A stretch of 64,000 nt of DNA from Eledone cirrhosa (taxonomy: Eukaryota): NCBI GenBank assembly GCA_964016885.1, contig OZ024742.1, positions 99,324,001-99,388,000 on the forward strand, written 5' to 3'. A program made the translations under genes and the position numbers. The stretch's first letter is position 1, and each line of letters opens with the position of its first letter. Shown here one piece after another: positions 13,697 to 27,875 of this stretch. A model generated the notes under the pieces. That model was not told the DNA's origin, did no database searches, and worked only from the letters and a program-made list of their open reading frames with translations.

Positions 13697-16600
13697 TTGG
13701 TGGTGGCGGTAGTGGTACTAATAGTGATAGTGGCGTTAGTGGTACTAATAGTGTTAGTGGTGGTAGTGGTACTAATAGTGATAGTGGTGGTAGTGGTACT
13801 AATAGTGATAGTGGTCGCAGTAGTGGTACTAATAGTGGTAGTGGTGGTAGTGGTACTAATAGTGTTAGTGGTGGTAGTGGTACTAATGGTGATAGTGGTG
13901 GCGGTAGTGGTACTAATAGTGATAGTGGTGGTAGTGGTACTAATAGTGGTAGAGGTGGTAGTGGTACTAATAGTGAAATTGGTGGTGGTAGTGGTACTAA
14001 TAGTGATAGTGGTGGTAGTGGTACTAATAGTGATAGTGGTGGTGGTAGTGGTACTAATAGTGATAGTGGTGGTAGTGGTACTAATAGTGGTAGAGGTGGC
14101 GGTAGTGGTACTAATAGTGATAGTGGTGGTAGTGGTACTAATAGTGATAGTGGTGGTAGTGGTACTAATAGTGGTAGAGGTGGCGGTAGTGGTACTAATA
14201 GTGATGGTGGTGGTAGTGGTACTAATAGTGATATTGGTGGTAGTGGTACTAATAGTGATAGTGGTGGCAGTAGTGGTACTAATAGTGATAGTGATGGTAG
14301 TGGTACTAATGGTGATAGTGGTGGCAGTAGTGGTACTAATAGTGATAGTGGTGGTAGTGGTACTAATGAAGTTAGTGGTGGTAGTGGTACTAATAGTGAT
14401 AGTGGTGCTAGTGGTACTAATACTGATAATGGTGATAGTGGTACTAATAGTGTTAGTGGTGGTAGTAGTGGTACTAATAGTGATAGTGGTGGTGGTGTTA
14501 CTAATAGTGTTAGTGGTGGTAGTAGTGGTACTAATACTGATAGTGGTGGTAGTGGTACTAATAGTGATAAGTGTGGTAGTGGTACTAATAGTGATAGTGG
14601 TGGTAGTGATACTAATAGTGATAGTGGTGGTAGTGGTACTAATAGTGATAGTGGTGGTAGTGGTAATAATAGTGATAATAGTGGTGGTAGTTGTACTAAA
14701 ATGTTAGTGGTGGCAGTAGTGGTACTAATAGTGATAGTCGTGGTAGTGGTACTAATAGTGATAGTGGTAGTAGTGGTACTAATACTGATAGTGGTGGTAG
14801 TGGTACTAATAGTGATAGTGGTGGTAGTGGTACTAATAGTGATAGTGGTCGTAGTGGTACTAATAGTGATATTAGTGGTGGTAGTGGTACTAATAGTGAT
14901 AGTAGTGGTAGTGGTACTAATAGTGATAATAGTGGTGGTAGTTGTACTAAAAGTGTTAGTGGTGGCAGTAGTGGTACTAATAGTGATAGTCGTGGTAGTG
15001 GTACTAATAGTGATAGTAGTGATGGTAGTGGTACTAATAGTGATAGTGGTGGTGGTGGTACTAATAGTGATAGGTGAGGTAGTGGTACTAATAGTGATAG
15101 TAGTGGTGGTAGTGGTACTAATAGTGATATGGGTGGTAGTGCTACTAATAGTCTTAGTGGTGTTAGTGGTACTAATCGTGATAGTGATGGTGGTAGTGGT
15201 ACTAATAGTGATAGTGGTGGTAGTGGTACTAATAGTGATGGTGGTAGTGGTACTAATAGTGATAGTGATGGTGGTAGTGGTACTAATAGTGATATTAGTG
15301 GTGGTAGTGGTACTAATAGTGATATTACTGGTGTTAGTGGTACTAATAGTGATAGTGGCGTTAGTGGCACTAATAGTGATAGTTGTGGTGGTAGTGGTAC
15401 TAATTGTGATAATGGTGGTAGTGGTACTGATAGTGATACTAGTGGTGGTACTGGTACTAATATTGATAGTAGTGGTACTAATAGTGATGGTGATGATAGT
15501 GGTACTAATAGTGATAGTAGTGGTGGTAGTGGTACTAATAGTGATAGTAGTGGTGGTAGTGGTACTAATAATGATAGTAGTGGTGGTAGTGGTACTAATA
15601 ATGATAGCAGTGTTGGTAGTGGTACTAATAGTGATAGTAGCGATGGTAATGGTACTATTAGTGATAGTAGTGGTGGTAGTGGTACTTATAGTGATAGTGG
15701 TGGCAGTAGTGGTACTAATAGTGATAGTGATGGTGGTAGTGGTACTAATAGTGATAGTGGTGGTAGTGGTACTAATAGTGATAGTGATGGTGGTAGTGGT
15801 ACTAATAGTGATAGTGGTGGTAGTGGTACTAATAGTGATAGTGGTGTTAGTGGCACTAATAGTGCTAGTAGTGGTAGTGGTACTAATAGTGCTAGTAGTG
15901 GTAGTGGTACTAATAGTGGTAGTAGAGGTGGTAGTGTATTAATATTGATAGTAGTGGTGGTAGTGGTACTAATAGTGATAGTAGTGGTGGTAGTGGTATT
16001 AATATTGATAGTAGGGGTGGTAGTGGTACTAATAGTGATAGTGGTGGTAGTGGTACTAATAGTGATGGTGATGATAGTGGTACTAATAGTGATAGTAGTG
16101 GTGGTAGTGGTACTAATAGTGATACTAGTGGTGGTAGTGGTACTAATAGTGATAGTAGTGGTGGTAGTGGTAGTAATACTGATAGTAATGGTGGTAGTGG
16201 TACTAATAGTGATAGTAGTGTTGGTAGTGGTACTAATAGTGATAGTAGTGGTGGTAATGGTACTATTGGTGATAATAGTGGTGGTCGTGGTACTTATAGT
16301 GATAGTGGTACTAATAGTGATAGTGGTGGTAGTGGTACTAATAGTGATGGTGGTAGTGGTACTAATAGTGATAGTGGTGGTAGTGGTACTAATAGTGATA
16401 GTGGTGGCGGTAGTGGTACTAATAGTGATAGTGGTGGTAGTGGTACTAATAGAGATAGTAGTGGCGGTAGTGGTACTAATAGTGATAGTAGTGGCGGTAG
16501 TGGTACTAATAGTGATAGTAGTGGTGGTAGTGGTACTAATAGAGATAGTAGTGGTGGTAGTGGTACTAATAGAGATAGTAGTGGCGATAGTGGTACTAAT

Positions 16601-17565
16601 AGTGATAGTAGTGGCGGTAGTGGTACTAATAGTGATAGTGATGGTGGTAGTGGTACTAATAGTGATAGTGATGGTGGTAGTGGTACTAATAGTGATGGTG
16701 GTGGTAGTGGTACTAATAGTGATAGTACTGGTGGTACTAATAGTGATAGTACTGGTGGTACTAATAGTGATAGTAGTGGTGGTAGTGGTACTAATAGTGA
16801 TAGTGGTGTTAGTGGTACTAATAGTCATAGTGGTGGTAGTGGTACTAATAGTGATAGTGGTGGTAGTGGTACTAATAGTGATAGTGGTGGTAGTGCTACT
16901 AATAGTGATAGGAGTGGTGGTAGTGGTACTAATAGTGATAGTGGTGGTGGTAGTGGTACTAATCGTGATAGTGATGGTGGTAGTGGTACTAATAGTGATA
17001 GTAGTGGTGGTAGTTGTACTAATAGTGATAGTGGTGTTAGTGGCACTAATAGTGATAGTAGTGGTTGTAGTGGTACTAATAGTGATATTAGTGGTGGTAG
17101 TGGTACTAATAGTGATATTAGTGGTGGTAGTTTTACTAATAGTGATAGTGGTGTTAGTGGCACTAATAGTGATAATAGTGGTAGTAGTGGTACTAATAGT
17201 GATAATAGTGGTGGTAGTGGTACTAATAGTGATAATAGTGGTGGTAGTGGTACTAATAGTGATAATGGTGGTAGTGGTACTAATAGTGATAGTAGTGGCG
17301 GTAGTGATACTAATAGTGATAATGGTGGTAGTGGTATTAATAGTGATAGTGATGGTGATAGTGGTACTAATAGTGATAGTGGTGGTAGTGGTACTTATAG
17401 TGATAGTAATGGTGGTAGTGGTACTAATAGTGGTAGTGGTGGTAGTGGTACTAATAGTGATAGTGGTGGTAGTGGTAGTAATAGTGATAGTTGTGGTGGT
17501 AGTGGTACTAATAGTGATAGTAGTGGTGGTAGTGGTACTAATAGTACTAATGGTGGTAATTGTTG
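13697..17565. repeat. About 3.9 kb minisatellite, 24-30 bp unit AGTGGTACTAATAGTGATAGTGGTGGT
   Basis: Tandem array of NNT triplets; produces the long low-complexity ORFs in the ORF track. Confidence 0.95.
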
Positions 17566-17571
17566 ATATTT

Positions 17572-17760
17572 TAATAATTGTTTTTACTTTTGGCACAAGG
17601 CCAGCAAATACGCAGTACATTACTGGTACTTTATTTTATCGAACCCGTAAGGATGACACGCAAAGTTGACCTCGGCGCGATTTAACTCGGAATGGCAAGG
17701 GCCGTAACTCTATGCGTCAAATCATGGCGTCCGACCCTCTACCGGTACTGTCAATCCAAT
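17572..17760 (-). mobile_element. tRNA-derived SINE
   Basis: Reverse complement of the same SINE consensus. Confidence 0.9.
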
Positions 17761-17859
17761 GGTGGTAATGTTCATGTTGGTAGCAAGTGTATGATGGTAG
17801 TAGTCGTAATAGTGGTGAAAATAGTGTTGGTAAACAGGAGCAGCAGCAGGAGCAGCTAC

Positions 17860-17941
<82 letters not shown>

Positions 17942-17953
17942 ATTGTAGTAATT

Positions 17954-18010
<57 letters not shown>

Positions 18011-18018
18011 ATAGCACC

Positions 18019-18070
<52 letters not shown>

Positions 18071-18187
18071 ATTATAGTAGTAGTAGTAGTAGTAGTAGTA
18101 ATTGTAGAAGCAGTAGTAGTAGTAGTAGTAGTAGTAGTAATTATAGTAGTAGTAGTAATTGCTGTAGTAATAATTGTAGTAGTAGTT

Positions 18188-18244
<57 letters not shown>

Positions 18245-18247
18245 ATT

Positions 18248-18307
<60 letters not shown>

Positions 18308-18476
18308 ATAGCACCAGTAGTAGTAGTAGTAGTAGTAGTAGCAGCAGCAGCAGTAGTAGTAGTAGTAGTAGTAGTAGTTGCACCAGTAGTAGTAGTAGTA
18401 GTAGTAAGTTTAGTAATTGTAATAGCAGTAGTAGTAATTGTAGTAGTAGTAGTAGTAGTAGTAGTAGTATAGTAGT
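17860..18476. repeat. (AGT)n microsatellite, interrupted
   Basis: Direct reading of the sequence. Confidence 0.95.
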
Positions 18477-19584
18477 TTGACCGATCGCTTCTCTTTTACA
18501 CTGGACTCCGTGGAGACTTCAGATGTACATGATCCCCGTACTGCTAATTTTCACCGTAAATTCGGAAATATGACTGTCCGCTTGAGAAGGGAGGATTGTG
18601 AGGTGGGTTGACTGTTGCGGCGGTTGTCTTTCCCCATACCCTACGGTAACGCATCTGCCGTTTTGAGCGTGAGGCACCGCTCAGACTGGCGTGTAGTGAC
18701 TGTACCCCCTTTTCCCTTTTTTCGCTGCTTGACCCTTCTTTTATTCTTTTTCTCCTTTCAATTTTCTTTTTTTCTTCTTCCTTTTAATACGGTGTTTTTC
18801 TTTTTATTTGATACTCTTCAATTATATTTAAATGCTGTCAATGATCTTCTATGACATTGTGAGATTTTATATATTGAATAAATTGATTTTGTAATTGATG
18901 ATGTTGTTGTTGTCGGTGTTTATGTTGTGTTGGCAACAGTAATCATTGTTATTTCTATTGATGTTTAGCCCCAGGACAACCCCGATAGGGAGATCTTCAA
19001 TTCAAACTATTACAACACTGAATATGATATCTTATTTTTTCTGCAAATATCTATAGTATTCCTAGACATAACATGTCTTATATCTTTTACAATAGTAGGT
19101 TATGACTTGAAGAACATTTCTGCGTTATATCTAGTATGAAGTCCAACTGTATAGAGGTACTCCTGTTGGATGGGTGTCATTGTTGTGTTATTGTTATGAA
19201 TACTACTGCTGCTCTTATTGTTGTTGTTGGTTAAAACCAAATGGTCTATATTAAGTCCTATTTAGTCCACTTAAATATAATCAGGGGCTGAATAACCCTT
19301 TAGCATATATGTATAATGTACAACATTATGCAACGTGTTTTTATTTTGTTTGTTTTATTTTTCATCCTGTAGTTTGCATATTGTTGCTATTATTATTGAT
19401 TTTAGTGATCAAACAAACCCCTTAAATGTTACTACGTGGATTAGATTATCAAATGCGTGTCCTTTTATCATGGTGGAGATTGATTTGAGGGAAATATTGC
19501 TATTTCTAGGACTATATTATCTATATTTGCTTCCTTGAAAAAAAACACGCTGGATATGACGAGAAAGCATGTTCGCGCAGTCTC

Positions 19585-19757
19585 GATAGTGGTCGGACGC
19601 CATGCTTTGCAGCATAGCGTTAGGCCTCTTTAAGACCTGAGTTCAAACCCTGCCGAGGTTAACTTTGCTTTTCATCCTTAATGGGGTGGCTAAAATAAAG
19701 CACCAGTAATGCACTGGGGTAATTGCTCGCATTGTGCCAAAAGTAGAAACAATTATT
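19585..19757 (+). mobile_element. tRNA-derived SINE
   Basis: B box GAGTTCAAACCC, core, and GTGCCAAAAGTAGAAACAATTATT tail. Confidence 0.9.
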
Positions 19758-20454
19758 AGGACTACATTATAAAATAAATCTACTTCTTTTTTAAAACGCT
19801 CGAGATGGATTGAGGCAAAATCGGCTGATATATCTAGAACTACCTTAGCAACATATATGCTTTTTTTAAAAATTCTGGAGCAGATTTGGAGGTAAATCGG
19901 TTGCTATATATAGCAGGTCAAACCAACAACTTCTTTAATGATAGCCTACTAACATTAGCAGTCATATGAATACATTAGATCTACATTATTTCATCTTTCA
20001 TTTATATCGAAGAATCTAAAGCAGCTTATTTTGTCTAAGAATCGAGTGGTAAACGTCACTAAAAATGGATGAAATCTGAAATACTTGCATTTGGTAATCT
20101 CAACTGCTTACTGCAATATATCTGCCAAGGTCACAGCTTAAAATACCAATAGCTAAACTTATATATTTTAGTTGTTCGTAAACATATTGCATATGCTGGT
20201 TTAAAGAAGCTCACATTATAAGAAAATTAGCATCCCCAAAAATGTATTATTTGAACATTTCTATATAAGCTCACAGTTCATTTCGTCTAAGTACTGAGTA
20301 AAACAAAATCCAGAAATACTAGCATTTGACGGTTACTGAGATCAATGCCACAGCATAAAAATACAAGAAAAGTTCATATATTTCCATATATAAACCCGTT
20401 GATTATTCTTTCATATACGCCTCAATTCCTCTGCAATATATATGAGAGAGACAG

Positions 20455-20456
20455 AC

Positions 20457-20491
<35 letters not shown>

Positions 20492-20492
20492 G

Positions 20493-20581
<89 letters not shown>

Positions 20582-20601
20582 CATAGATAAATAGATAGAT
20601 A
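20455..20601. repeat. (AGAT)n microsatellite
   Basis: Direct reading of the sequence. Confidence 0.95.
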
Positions 20602-21149
20602 GGCGATTCGGTCGAAAATAGTAGGATTCTACTACTTTAAATATCAGGGATTTGTATGAGATAATATCACTGGTAAACATATTCGATATTCCCTAACTAC
20701 GTTTTATCATTTATATATAGTACTATGAATAATAACCAAGATGAGTGATATACTCTGTTTGATAGAGTAAGTGTTATATCATGTCAATGAAGATTTTACA
20801 ATGTATAATGTCAGCGTGCTGAGAGAAGTGGATATCACATGATCCTTGTGACAATGGATAGGATTCTGTTGATTAAATCATCGTCATATCCCATATAGAT
20901 GTTTCCCGATAAAAGATATCACGCATAATTGATATTTTTGACATTCATTTATTTATTTGCTTTTCATAATATTTGATATCACAAATACGTTGTGTGACAA
21001 ATAGACTATCGAACGATTGGTTTGACACGGATATACCAGGGTGTAATGTTATCAAAGTAAGATTGATGTGGCTGCGATAACTGTATTTCCTATTTACACT
21101 TGTATTGACAGAGGATATGCTGTGAGGTTAAGTGTTTATAGATGTGTAT

Positions 21150-21208
21150 TATATATATAAATATATATATAAATGTATATGTATATATAAATGTCTCTAT
21201 ATATATAA

Positions 21209-21242
<34 letters not shown>

Positions 21243-21498
21243 GTATATATATATATATATAAATGTATATATATATATATAAATGTATATATATATATAT
21301 AAATGTATATATATATATATATATACATGTATATATATATATATATATATACATGTATATATATATATATATACATGTATATATATATACATGTATATAT
21401 ATATACATGTATATATATATACATGTATATATATATATAAATGTATATATATATATAAATGTATATATATATATAAATGTAGATATATATATATATAA

Positions 21499-21575
<77 letters not shown>

Positions 21576-21585
21576 CATATATATA
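21150..21585. repeat. Compound (AT)n array with periodic AAATGT/ACATGT spacers
   Basis: Direct reading of the sequence. Confidence 0.9.
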
Positions 21586-21760
21586 TTACATTCAATTATT
21601 GTAGCTATATGGTTAATGTTTTATGTGGTGAATTGTTTCTTCTTCAGTCCTCTCTGCACGGAAATGTATGTAGCTGTGTTGATGAACGAGTGAAATTGCA
21701 GAAGCTCGTGCGACACACAGACACACACACACACACAGATATATATATATACACACACAC

Positions 21761-21808
<48 letters not shown>

Positions 21809-21816
21809 ATAATAAT

Positions 21817-24800
21817 GATTTCATTTATTGGCCACAAGGGCCGAAATATAGGGGACAATACAAAAGACTGGGACAGTGGGGTTTTACAGAAAAATTGAGT
21901 AAACAATATGCATAACAAGAACAAAGTAACAATAACAAAGTAACAATAACAAAGTAACAATAATTTAACAAGAAAATTACAACAAGAAAAAATTCCCCAA
22001 TAGGGGTGACCACCTAGGGTTCGCTCAGGTACCCCACCAGCCCTGAACGACCCGACGCTTCGAGAGCACCCTGGAAGGGTACCCCTCTCCTTCTCAAATT
22101 TACCTACCTACAGCCGCATGACCAGTGTAGGCCCACTCACACGGGCCATTCTTGCCACATTCACCCACCTTTCAGCAAATGTACTGGGGGGCAGCACTTC
22201 TCTCTCCACCCTCACCTTCCTTTCCAAGTGAAATTTGAAAAAGTTGATGAGGGATTGGCCGAAGAGAAAAGTGTCTGTCTTCAGTCCTTTCAACCTCGTC
22301 CACCATACAACCTCTTTCGCTACTGCCACCAGACAGAGGAAAATTGCCTGCCCTTCCTGGCCAAAAGAAGGCGGCGGCTCGATCTTCACTATGGACTCGG
22401 CCGATAGCCGGATACGTTCTACACGCGACAACAGCTGTTCAACATAACGCCACAAGTCAGTAATGCACGGACACTGGACGAGTGCGTGCAGAACGGTTTC
22501 GTCGCTCTGCGCGCATCTCGGACACGTCCTTCTGACAGTACTTCCGTGCCTGTAGAGTTTATCTCGAATCGGCAGTGCTCCCCGATAGCACTGCCAAGCG
22601 AGGGATTTTTGGAAATTATTCATCGTCCCCGGCTCGAAAGTCCTCCGGTACAGACTGGTTAGTTCGACTTCGTTGACTCTCAGAGCCTCTCCGAGTGCGT
22701 CGTCGCACTTGCCCACCACTAATTCTCTATAGAACTCGAGAGTGGAAGTTCCATTGACCGCATTGCCCACCTGGTAGAGGGCAGTGAGTGCCTGGCAACA
22801 TTCCAGATGCCAGTCACCCAGTCTCGGTCTCTTCTTGACCCAGGACTGCAGCTTAGTCAAAGAAACGAGCTGCGGAAAGGCCCGTCTGACAAACGGCGAC
22901 CACACCTGTTCACCGTTTAGGCAGAATATCTGGAGATGCCGCAGCCTCAGCGCGTGCCTGCGCATCCTTAGCCACGGCATGCCCAGCCCTTCACGTAGAG
23001 GGTGCTGGCAGCAGTTGGACCGCCTCACCAGCGGAATCTGACCCCTCCACAAGAATTTGAAGAAGAGCCGCTCCAAGATGGCGAGGCGCGAACGGGGGCA
23101 CGGGACGACGGTCAGACGGTAGTAGATGACGGACGCGATGTACGCGTTCGCCACCTCCGCCCGACCTTTCAGTGATAGCTTCATCCCAGCCCATTTCTGG
23201 GTGAGACTGGCTACCCTGCCCGTCACCTAGTCCCAATTCTTATTCAACTGGAGGTCTGGCCCGAACCAAATCCCTAGCAAATTTACCGGTCCGTCCGTCC
23301 AGCGCCTAACGACGCTGTTGGATGGCATGGACTTGCCTCACCAGGTGCCGAGTTGCAAGCCCACTGACTTTACCGGGTTAAGTTTTTCTCCCGTCAACCT
23401 TTCATATTCCTCCAATAAGTTGCCGACTACCTCGATTTCTGAGGTGCCCGACACCATCACGGTGATCTCGTCCGCATAAGCCGACACAGCCTTTCCGTGT
23501 CCCAGTTCGAGCGGGATGCCCTGCAACAGCTCCAGCTTCCGCAGTAAAGGCTCGAGAGTCAATACGTACAGAAGGGAGGAGAGAGGGCACCTTTGACGGA
23601 CCGATCGGGAGACCTGAAACGGTTCCGAGAGGTGGCCATTAATTTTGACCATCGAGCAGGTGCGGCTGTGCATTGCAACGATCCAGCTTCTGAAGACGGG
23701 GCCGAAGCCAGCCGCCTTGAGGACAGCCTCCAGGTACCGATGGTCGACCCTATGGAATGCTTTCGATTGATCTAAATTGATTAGAGCCCCACCGAAGCCA
23801 GGTTTATACCCTACCCTCTCTATGATGTATCGCGTTAGGTGGAGGTTGTCGTGTATGGACCTGGTTGGGATCGCGCAAGTTTGCGCCTCCCCAACCAAAT
23901 CCCCGACGACCAGCGCCAACCTCTTCGCTAACACCCTGGCCAAAATCTTAAACTCTGTGTTGAGCAAAGTTATGGGCCTGAAATTGTCTAATGTGTCCCT
24001 CTTGTTCTCTTCTTTCCTTATCAGCGTCACTACGCCCCGGCTCACAGAACTGGGAATACTCCCGTTTTGCTGCCAGTTGCAGTAGAGGGCTTCTAGGACA
24101 TTGGAGAACAAGTCTGGCATATTTACGTAAACCTCGCAGGGCAGACCATCCAAACCGGGTGACTTGCGCCTCATGCAGCCGACAAGGGCATCCTGAATCT
24201 CGGCAAAAGTAATTGGCCTTTCGCAGCGCCCAGCGTCAGCCGTCGAGAGTTGCAGCAAGTCATCGGGTAGGGACTGAAGTCAGGCACCATCTCTGACCCG
24301 CCACTTCCCCCGAACAACCGAGCAAAATGTTGGCGAAAGGCCTCACACATCCACTTGGAATCGCTCAGCCCGTGCCCGTCTCGGTCTGTCAAAGACCGAA
24401 TCGTGGTTTTATTACCACGCTGCGCCTCTACCACGCGGGCCCATCGAACAGCTTTGGTTCCCTCGTTTCTCAGAGCACGCGCCTTAGCTCTGACAATGCA
24501 ACCTTCGTGTTTCGCATTGAAGAAATGGTCTAATGCCATTCTCGCCGCTAGCACGTCAGTTGCAGCGCCACTACCAATAGCCTCGTCTAACTTATCTACC
24601 AACTCTCTCTCCTTTCTATTTTTCTCTAACGCTACTTCTTTGCTAAACTCTATCGACATTACTCTAATCTCTCTTTTGAGAGCCCCCCACCATCTATTGT
24701 TGACGACTCCCCCTGTCAACTTTTTCTTAACTAAATTGTTGACCTGGTCCCTGTAAGCCTTACGTGCCGGAAATGACATGTTTAGTTTCCAGTAACCAGG

Positions 24801-27437
24801 TCCTAACCTACGGTCTTATCTAGGTTGACCATACAGATCATAAACTTGTGATCTGAATAGGCGACCGTTTCAAAACGTGGACAGCTTACACTATTTCTGT
24901 CTATTTTCCTAATGAATATCCTGTCTATATACGATCTAGATGACCTATGCGGTTAGCCCAGGTCCACACTGGCGCATTAGGGAAATCTAGTCGGTACCTG
25001 TCAGACAGTTGGAACTGGCTGATCAGGTTCTTGATGCTTTTGCACCCCCCGCTCCTATCGGATACTCCCACACAGTCGCAGCGTGCGTCTAAGATGCCGT
25101 CCCAGTCCCCCGCTAACATAAAGGGCGAGACCTGAGGTAGTTGAGCAGGTGACCCTGCTTCCAGGACGATCCCAGGCGTCGAACATTTAAACATCCTACT
25201 CTTAATACGGACATGTTGGCAGGTTAAAAGAGAGAAAGGAAGGTTTACTTACCTTCCGGGCTCTTGTGAAGGTCGGGTTGTTCGACCGCCATAGTTGGTG
25301 GGGTTTCTTTTGGGAACACATTTAAAAGTCTTGAAGTGGGTTTTACGTTCGGGGTTCCCACGTCCTGAGGAAAGTTGTCACGTATTTCTTTGAATATATC
25401 GAGCGACATTCGCACCAGAACCAAATCTTCCGGCACGCGAAATGTGCTCGATTTAAAAATGTCCACCTCTTTTTGTATATTTTCACTTCGTGCTACGAGG
25501 ACCATCAGTTCCTTGTTGGCCCTCCTGACGAGCACGAAGTTTTGTATGTTTTGTTGGTGTGATTTTATTTGTTTGCATGGTTGTGGTGGTGATGGTTTTG
25601 GTGGTGTTGTTTCGGTTGTATCTGTGTTTGTTGTGAGTGCGGTGTCTGTGGTTTCAGATGTTTGTGTCTATATTTGTTCTTGCGTCTGTTTAGGTTGTTT
25701 GCCTTTGGGGGATTCTGGTGATGGTGATGGTGGTGTTGATGTTGGTGTTATTGGAGAGATGTTTGCGTGGGTGGTGTCTGCGTTTTTTATTGTAGGTGAT
25801 TTTGTGCTTTGTTGAGTTTTCTTTTTCTTTTTGTGTTTCCTTTTTTGTATTTTGGGGGATTTGGGATTTCCCTCATCTTCACTACTGGTAGATGAGGGGT
25901 CTGTGTCTGTAAGTGTGTCTGTATGTATGTTTATGGTTTTATTGGTGTGTGTATTTTTTTTTGGGGGGGGGGGGATTTGACACCTTTCCTCGTTTCCCCC
26001 CTGGGTGGTCAATGTTGGTGGTGGTATTTCTATTGGTGTTGTTGGTGGTGGTTTTGCCGGTGCTGGTGTTGGTTGTGGTCCTCGCCCCGGCGTCGGCACA
26101 GTGGAGCCTTTCGACCCCTTGCATCTTTCAGCAGTTGAGGGAGGAAGGCTCGGAAATGGTTTTTTCTTCACAAACAAAACACTGCGACTTTTTGCCTTCG
26201 GTCATAATGTGAATGACCGTCCCATTCTGAAAGCGGATGTGGTCTGGGAATGTCTTCACATTCTCGGGCCTGTTCTGGAGAAAGATCTCCAGGTCAACCC
26301 TGGGTCATTCCTCTCTGGCCGTTCTGGTCACTTCTATAGGGACTGTATTCGTCTCCTCCACAATCACACATCCCAGAAGCCACCACATGTCAAGTCCTGG
26401 TGGGATTCTGGGAATGCGGAGACGGGCCGTTATTTTTCCATGTGGGAGGGGTACATTATGACCTTGCTGGTTTTGCAAGGAGTCATAGCGTGTTTCATAG
26501 CTAGGGCTTCTGTCTTGAACAACACCGAAATGGTACCGGACTGTCTGCCCCTCTCTATGTACTGGGTGTCTTCTCTGATGCACCTCAGCGCGACTTTGAC
26601 ATCTTCTTGTGGGATTAAAGCCGCCCTTTTGGTTTGTGCTGAGATGCATCTATAATGCACCGTTTTGCGCTCCACTGCCTCAATAGCTTCTACCGGGACA
26701 GTTAAGTTGGCCCAAGTTTGCACTTGCTTGAAGAGCTTCCATGCCTGTGCCAACTTTTCATCTTTGTTTGAGAGGTCCATGTTGAAGCATGGCCTCTTTT
26801 TTGCTGCTGCCGCAGCGAAAGTGTTCTTCTTGTTTGCGTTGGGGTGTTGTTGTCGTTGTCGTTGTTCTTGTTGGTGTTGTTGTTAGCACTGTCGCTGCTA
26901 TCATTGTTGTCTTAGTTGCCACCGTTGTTCTTGGTGCAGTTGGTATTGTTGCTGTTGGTGTTGTCGCTATTTGTTTTCATGTTAGTGGTGTTGATATTGT
27001 TGTTGTATTTGTTTTGTTTTTTTTTGTTATCTGTATTTCGTTGTCGCTGTTACTGTCATTTTTTTCAAAATTAGAATTCTCATTGGTACCATTGGTGTCT
27101 TTGTTTACATTGCTTGTGGTGGTGTTTGTGTTATCAATTTGTGTTAATTTCGCTGTAGCGCCTCTCTCAACTTCCACGTCGTTGTCGCACGACAGCAGAC
27201 ATATCGCTGGGGGGGGGGGGGGGGCTCAGCCATGTTTTCTTTTCTCTGTAAATATTTTAACATGTAAAAAAGATTCAAATAGTTGGGACAAAAGGCCAAA
27301 TATTATACTTTCCCCTTCACAGGGCAAAGTCTAAGGGCTTATATCCCTTACACAACAATAAATATTTAACAACAAATAATTTTAATAGGCAAATAAAGCG
27401 ACTTACTGGGAGCGAGCAAAATACGTCCTCTTAGACC
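21817..27437 (-). mobile_element. Tx1/L1-clade non-LTR retrotransposon, near full length and decayed, in (AAT)n
   Basis: ORF1 remnants at about 27233-25245; APE remnant (LAGDWD, SDRYR); RT (KSPGLDG, FRPITLLNTEFKI, LDQSKAF, RQRCPLS, AYADEI); C-terminal zf-RVT (CPRC..ETVLHALVQC); AATAAA and (TTA)n tail; (AAT)n on both sides. Confidence 0.92.
22108..25140 (-). pseudogene. Tx1 ORF2 (APE-RT-zinc finger), broken by frameshifts and stops; N-terminus of the endonuclease appears deleted
   Basis: ORFs 24925-25194, 24171-24779, 23338-24258 and 22108-23226. Confidence 0.9.
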
Positions 27438-27470
<33 letters not shown>

Positions 27471-27471
<1 letters not shown>

Positions 27472-27868
27472 TAGACCTGACCTGGTGGTTTTGAACAAGG
27501 GAAAAAGATCGTGCCTGATTGTGGATGTAGCCTGCCCATTCGACACGAGAGTGCAAGAGAAGGAGAGGGAGAAAATTAACCGGTACCAGGACTTAAAGTG
27601 GGTGGTAAAAAGGATTTGGAACTGCCATGAGGTCAAAGTGGTCCCGATTGTCATAGGCGCACTAGGTACTATCTCAAAGAGTTTCCAAGGATGGTTAAAG
27701 AAAATTGGTCGCGCCCCGCTTTTTTGGAACACTTTAAAAGGCATGCTTGCTGGCAACAGCAAGAACCCTCCGATACGTCCTGAATATCAGAGGCTGCAGG
27801 TAGTGGCTTGATATTCATTTCAACAAACTTCCGAGTTAAATAACATCAATGACTGAGACTCAAAGAAC
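27471..27868 (+). mobile_element. R4/Dong-like RLE retrotransposon, 3' fragment (family B)
   Basis: RPDLVV..CLIVDVACPFD..EK..RYQDL restriction-like endonuclease; flanked by (AAT)n; same family as 55268-56696. Confidence 0.9.
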
Positions 27869-27875
27869 AATAATA

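Noticed and set aside
13697-17565. CRISPR-like array
   Set aside because: No unique spacers, no cas genes, and a eukaryotic context.
13682-17669. Very long Val/Leu/Ile-rich and Thr/Ile/Ser-rich ORFs
   Set aside because: Alternative frames of a stop-poor minisatellite; no domain or splice evidence.
17692-18480. Poly-Ser and poly-Leu ORFs
   Set aside because: Translation of (AGT)n, starting inside a SINE.
21625-21650. Minus-strand CTGAAGA-A-GAAACAATT hammerhead-like string
   Set aside because: Stem II is absent and stem I does not pair.
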